A stretch of 64,000 bases of DNA from Macrostomum lignano. Taxonomy: Eukaryota. Within the stretch, counting starts at the first letter, position 1. Every line of letters begins with the position of its first letter. Below the pieces are notes generated by a model, which was not told the origin of the DNA, ran no database searches, and saw nothing but the letters and a program-made list of their open reading frames with translations. The stretch covers positions 45,307 to 109,306 of the forward strand of contig NIVC01000848.1 in the NCBI GenBank assembly GCA_002269645.1, written 5' to 3'. Shown in pieces: positions 59,985 through 64,000 of the stretch. The translations under genes were made by a program, and so were the position numbers.

Positions 59985-60663
59985 GTATACATATGTAGCT
60001 AATGCAGGATTTAGTGGAATCAAACCAATAAAACTTAATTAAGCTCTAATTGTGATTTTTATTAGGAATTATTTTCTAAATAAAATTCTAGAGCAACTAC
60101 AGCAGGCGGCCACTAGATGTACAAAAAAGAACTCGCTATACACAAACAACATTTACAGCAGGTCATTGTTAATTAATTTGATAGTTATAGTTTAGAGTTG
60201 AAAACATTTACATGTACTTGTATGCAACATACGTGCATGTAACATCCAAACATCACGCAACATACATGGCATAGAGCGTCGGTCTGGTTCACACAGATAC
60301 TAAAATAACTAGATGGGCCACTCACTCTCAGGAATACTTAACAAAACAGCTTTCTACTTTCAGTTCAGTAGCATAGAAGGATACATAAGCCATTTTATAA
60401 AAATAAAGGCAGCTGAGATGACTTTGATAAGTTTAGAAGCGAAGCTTGCAGATGTAAACAACTTGTGACATACTCAGCTGTGACCTGCTTGCGGGCTGCG
60501 TACGTTAATTTGTTGTATGCAACATACTCTATAAATAATGGTGTAATGGTTACGAGGGTACAACCCAGCATGTACATGTAATGCATATCTGCACTTGTCT
60601 TTTACCATGTATTTAATTGGCATCGAGCTGAATTTTGTAATCATGTATCATCAGTATAGTATC

Positions 60664-60989
60664 CAGTGGCGCAACCAGGGGGGGGGGGGGGTCGCCCCAC
60701 CCCCTTAGGCCGAGACCAGAAAAAAATCAAAGGGGGACCAAGCTATAGGGAATACAATCACGGGATTAGGCCCAAATCCAAATACAACATCTATCTATGA
60801 TTACGCCAGCCAATTCATACATCACACTCCAATTCATTACTCACTGTCATTGAAAGCCCTTTTAAAATCATGTTAGATGGCTTAGTAAACCAAAATTGCA
60901 CCAACAAAGATTATAGAAACCTTTTCAATCCCGGGATCCCGGCCCAAAACACAGAGCCACCCAATTTTCCGCCACCTCCCTCGATACTG
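60664..60989. mobile_element. Second, disrupted copy of the same MITE family with about 195 bp of extra internal sequence
   Basis: Starts CAGTGGCGCAACCAGGG and shares CCCCTTAGGC, AAAAAAATCAAAGGGGGACCAAGC and AAAACACAGAGCCACCC with the 32020 copy. The right TIR and TSD are not recognisable. Confidence 0.65.
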
Positions 60990-61401
60990 ATATATCATCA
61001 ATGATTCGCAGTTAAATTAAAAATGGAGAATTCTGTATTCATTTAGAAATAAACTCATCCATTTCATAATGTTGCAGAATTATAAAAACAAGACATAACT
61101 GCTGCTATTACAAGTATAGATTTTAGTTTCTGTAGCAATTTATTCATCCATTTTTTAGACATACAGCTACGTACGGCTCCCAGAACTCATATAGGATTGA
61201 TTCATTGTCGCAATTTCATGTGCATCTACATGCATGTACAGTTGCATTAAAGTGTATAAAGTGAGAAAATTCTTTATCTAGCTGTTAAACATCACAGCTG
61301 CTAACTTAACGAGTCACATGTACAATTACCATCTTACACGTAGCTGTCAGTAAAATCTGTTTGGATTCAATTGTTGCCATGCCATTCCACTGCACGGCCG
61401 G

Positions 61402-63679
61402 TCAGAGCGGACGCGGCGGCCGCCAGTCGGTTTGGAATGCTGCCGGGAGCAGCAACACCGCGGTGGCCAGATCCTCCTGACTACCCGCTAGCACCGCCGC
61501 TTGAGCCAGGCGGCGGGCCACCTCTTCGGCCAAGCTGACTTCCAAGCCGTCGACTTCGCCCTCGCCCTCTGCCTCGGTTCGTCCTTCGCCCCCCAGATCC
61601 CACTCTGTAGTGGCCGTGACGCTGCTGCGCCGGCTTTCGTCAACGTCGTGGTCGAAACTACCGATGACGAGCCGGGGCGGTCTGCTTCGCTGACTGCATC
61701 GGCGGCGGCGGCTTCAAATGACGAACTTGTCGACGGCGTTGCTGAACGACTGGACGAAGAGGCCTGAAAGAATTTTAAGAGAGCGTGAGGGGTTTCGAAT
61801 GTAGATACTTCTACCCGATCACGGAGGATTATGTTCAAGAACGCAGCCCGGCCAACCTAATTACTCTGGCCCACACGGAGATCCGATCCCCGCGAGACGC
61901 GGCCAAATCCCCCGCAGACACCCCGATCCTCGCGGACACGCCTCAGATCCCCCTGCAGACACCCCGATTCTGGCGGACACTCCTCAGATCCCCCGCAGAC
62001 ACCCCGATCCCGTGGACACGCCTCAGATCCCCCTGCAGACACCCCGATCCTCGTGGACACGCTTCAGATCCCCCGCAGACACCCCGATCCCCGTGGACAC
62101 GCCTCAGATCCCCCGCAGACACCCAGAATCCTGAAGGACGCCCCAAATCTCCATCCGCCTACCCGAGTGTCCGTCTCGCCGAACAGCCGCCGCCTCTCGC
62201 TGTCCTCCAAGCTGCTGGCCACTCGCACCCGGTTCACCGGCAGGTGCGTGGCCACCAGTTGGCAGATCTCGGCTGGATTCAACACGCCGGTCACTCCGGC
62301 CGTTGCCATGACAACCGCCTGGCACTCCGAGTCTATAGGGACGCACCGACAATCCGGCCGGCAGCTGAGGCGCCGCTTCATCTCCGGGTCGCCATGGTAA
62401 CCGATGCCGCGATTCGGGGCCGGGCTGGACAGGCCGTGTGGCTGGTTGTTGCGCACCAGGATCAGCTGCACATCGCCGCAGGCGGCTGCGTGCAGCCAGC
62501 CGAGTCGCCGCCGGCCTGGAAGGTTTTGTGGGTTCGACTATTTCAAACCGAATTTATGATTTGTCTAGTAAATCCGACCTCCAATATTGTGTAGCAGCCT
62601 TACATTCTGTACACACTGTGTAGATGTATGCAACCCCCCAATCTCAAATATGTCGATCAATAAATCTAACCTTGTGTAACGCACCTCTAAGCTGGTGTAA
62701 CACATCTCTAATCTTGTGTAACACACCTCTAAGCTGGTGTAACACACCTCTAATCTTGTGTAACACGGCTCTAATCTTGTGTAACACAGCTCTAATCTTG
62801 TGTAACACGGCTCTAATCTTGTGTAACACAGCTCTAATCTTGTGTAACACAGCTCTAATCTTGTGTAACGCACCTCTAAGCTGGTGTAACACGGCTCTTA
62901 TCCAGTGTAACACGGCTCTTATCTTGTAAAACTGAGTTATTCACTGTGTAACATGTTCAAGACATTTCAAACCCCCACTTCCTCACCGGCTCCCTCGCCG
63001 TCCCCGGCGCCACCCTCCAGTTCATCGGCGGCCCTGACCAGGACGGCGCCAACGGAGGCGCCGCTCCAGCGCACCGCCGCATAGTCGGATTGGCCCCGCT
63101 TGAGCAGGCCGTCCGTGTACTCAAGCGCCTTGGCAAACGCCGCCGCCACTTTATCCGCCCAACCGTCGACGTTGCTGTCGTCGTCTTCTACGACGTCGCC
63201 TTTGTCGTCGTTCTCGTTCTCGTTGTTGTCATCGTACCAGCGCAAGTCCGGAGTTCGACTCCGCGCGTAGGCCAGCGCAAATTCGTCCAAGCGCTCGGCG
63301 CAGGTGCGCAGCACGCTGTGGACCAAATTGGCGCTCGTCCAGTGCAGCCGCTCCCGCTGCCGGGCCGAGGTGCCGCCGGTCGACGGCCGGTGAATCTCCG
63401 GCGCGGCCTCCGGCTTGTCATTCGGCGCGGCTGCCATGTTAAAGGCGCAGGTGCAGCGGGTCCCGGGATCGAATCTGGCTAGCTCGCACAGCAGGAAGTG
63501 GTGCATCTCCTCGGAGGCCAGCTTGGCGGCCGTGTCGCCATACCGACCGGCGTAGAGGCCGACGAAGCACTTGGCCGGGTCGCCGCCCAGCCAGTCCTGG
63601 TAGGCGGCGCGGGCCCGAGGCCGCCTGCCGAATCGGGCATTGTGGAAGCTGGCGGCGCCGGCGCCAAGGACGAATGGCA
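61402..63679 (-). CDS. PP2D1: PP2C-like domain protein (PP2D1-type), probably catalytically inactive; 5' end outside the window; exons 63679-62987, 62515-62163, last exon starting 61689 (or 61763 with a frameshift) to stop 61402
   Basis: PP2C-fold segments in order: CFVGLYAGRYGDTAAKLASEEM, LLCELARFDP, AFAKALEYTDGLL...VRWSGASVGAVLV, WLHAAACGDVQLILVRN, RGIGYHGD...VPIDSECQAVVMATAGVTGVLNPAEI, and LAQAAVLAGSQEDLATAVLLL. The RFDP, AFAKA...WSG and RG.G.HG features match PP2D1 as I recall it. The acceptor of the last exon is ambiguous. Confidence 0.72.
61880..62130. repeat. Minisatellite of about 39 bp in a PP2D1-like intron
   Basis: GATCCCCCGCAGACACCCCGATCCCGTGGACACGCCTCA. Confidence 0.9.
62670..62930. 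repeat. 21-bp minisatellite in a PP2D1-like intron
   Basis: GTGTAACACAGCTCTAATCTT. Confidence 0.93.
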
Positions 63680-63749
63680 CTGAGCAGCGCAGGCCGCGGC
63701 CTGAGCAGTTCGGAGTGAGTGATGCGGGATTTCAGACTTAAGGAAATTG

Positions 63750-64000
63750 GCATTTGGCAGTCGGGGAATATTGGAAATTGAGAGTTAGGAATATTGAGAT
63801 TTGAGAGTTGGGAAAATGGTGACTTAAGAGTCGGGGAATATTGGGATTTGAGAGTCGGGGAAAATTGGGGATTGACAGTCGGGGAAATTGGGATTTGATA
63901 GTCGGGGAAAATTGGGATTTGACAGTCGGGGCAAATTGGGATTTGAGAGTCGGGGAAAATTGGGATTTGACAGTCGGGGAAAATTGGGATTTGACAGTCG
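63750..64000. repeat. Minisatellite of about 24 bp, running off the window
   Basis: GACAGTCGGGGAAAATTGGGATTT. Confidence 0.92.

Noticed and set aside
61501-62594. Plus-strand ORFs 61501-61767 and 61785-62594 as a separate gene
   Set aside because: They are antisense shadows of GC-rich PP2D1-like exons plus a minisatellite.

Overview
Eukaryotic (metazoan) genomic DNA. The GC-rich exons full of poly-Ala/Gln/Gly tracts and the introns packed with locus-specific minisatellites suggest a flatworm such as Macrostomum; this is inference only. I could assemble six spliced genes by hand, with reading frame and phase checked at GT-AG junctions. (1) Hmx/NK5 homeobox gene, minus, 296-3750. (2) Compact Scm-like Polycomb gene with 2 MBT + SAM, minus, 13495-16992. 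(3) DDX5/DDX17/Dbp2-type DEAD-box helicase, minus, 19589-32927. (4) Dok-7-like PH-PTB adaptor, plus, 33493-48764, head-to-head with DDX5. (5) DDX6/Me31B/Dhh1 helicase, minus, 53997-56090. (6) 3' part of a PP2D1-like PP2C pseudophosphatase, minus, 61402-63679. Non-coding DNA holds about 28 unrelated tandem arrays whose unit lengths cluster at 21-24 and 42-45 bp, a tRNA-headed CORE-type SINE, two hAT-type non-autonomous elements with intact 8-bp TSDs, and older repeat fragments. The most interesting leads are all hypotheses. First, local tandem amplification inflates introns and in three long introns multiplies sense-strand CAG|GT sites (possible recursive-splicing points). Second, the DDX5 intron sits at the position of the yeast-to-human conserved autoregulatory intron and contains a candidate poison exon and extra 5' splice sites. 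Third, an invertebrate Dok-7-like adaptor with SHP2/Grb2-type tail motifs. Fourth, a catalytically dead PP2C that lacks its flap. Most long ORFs in the supplied track are translations of minisatellites and are not genes.
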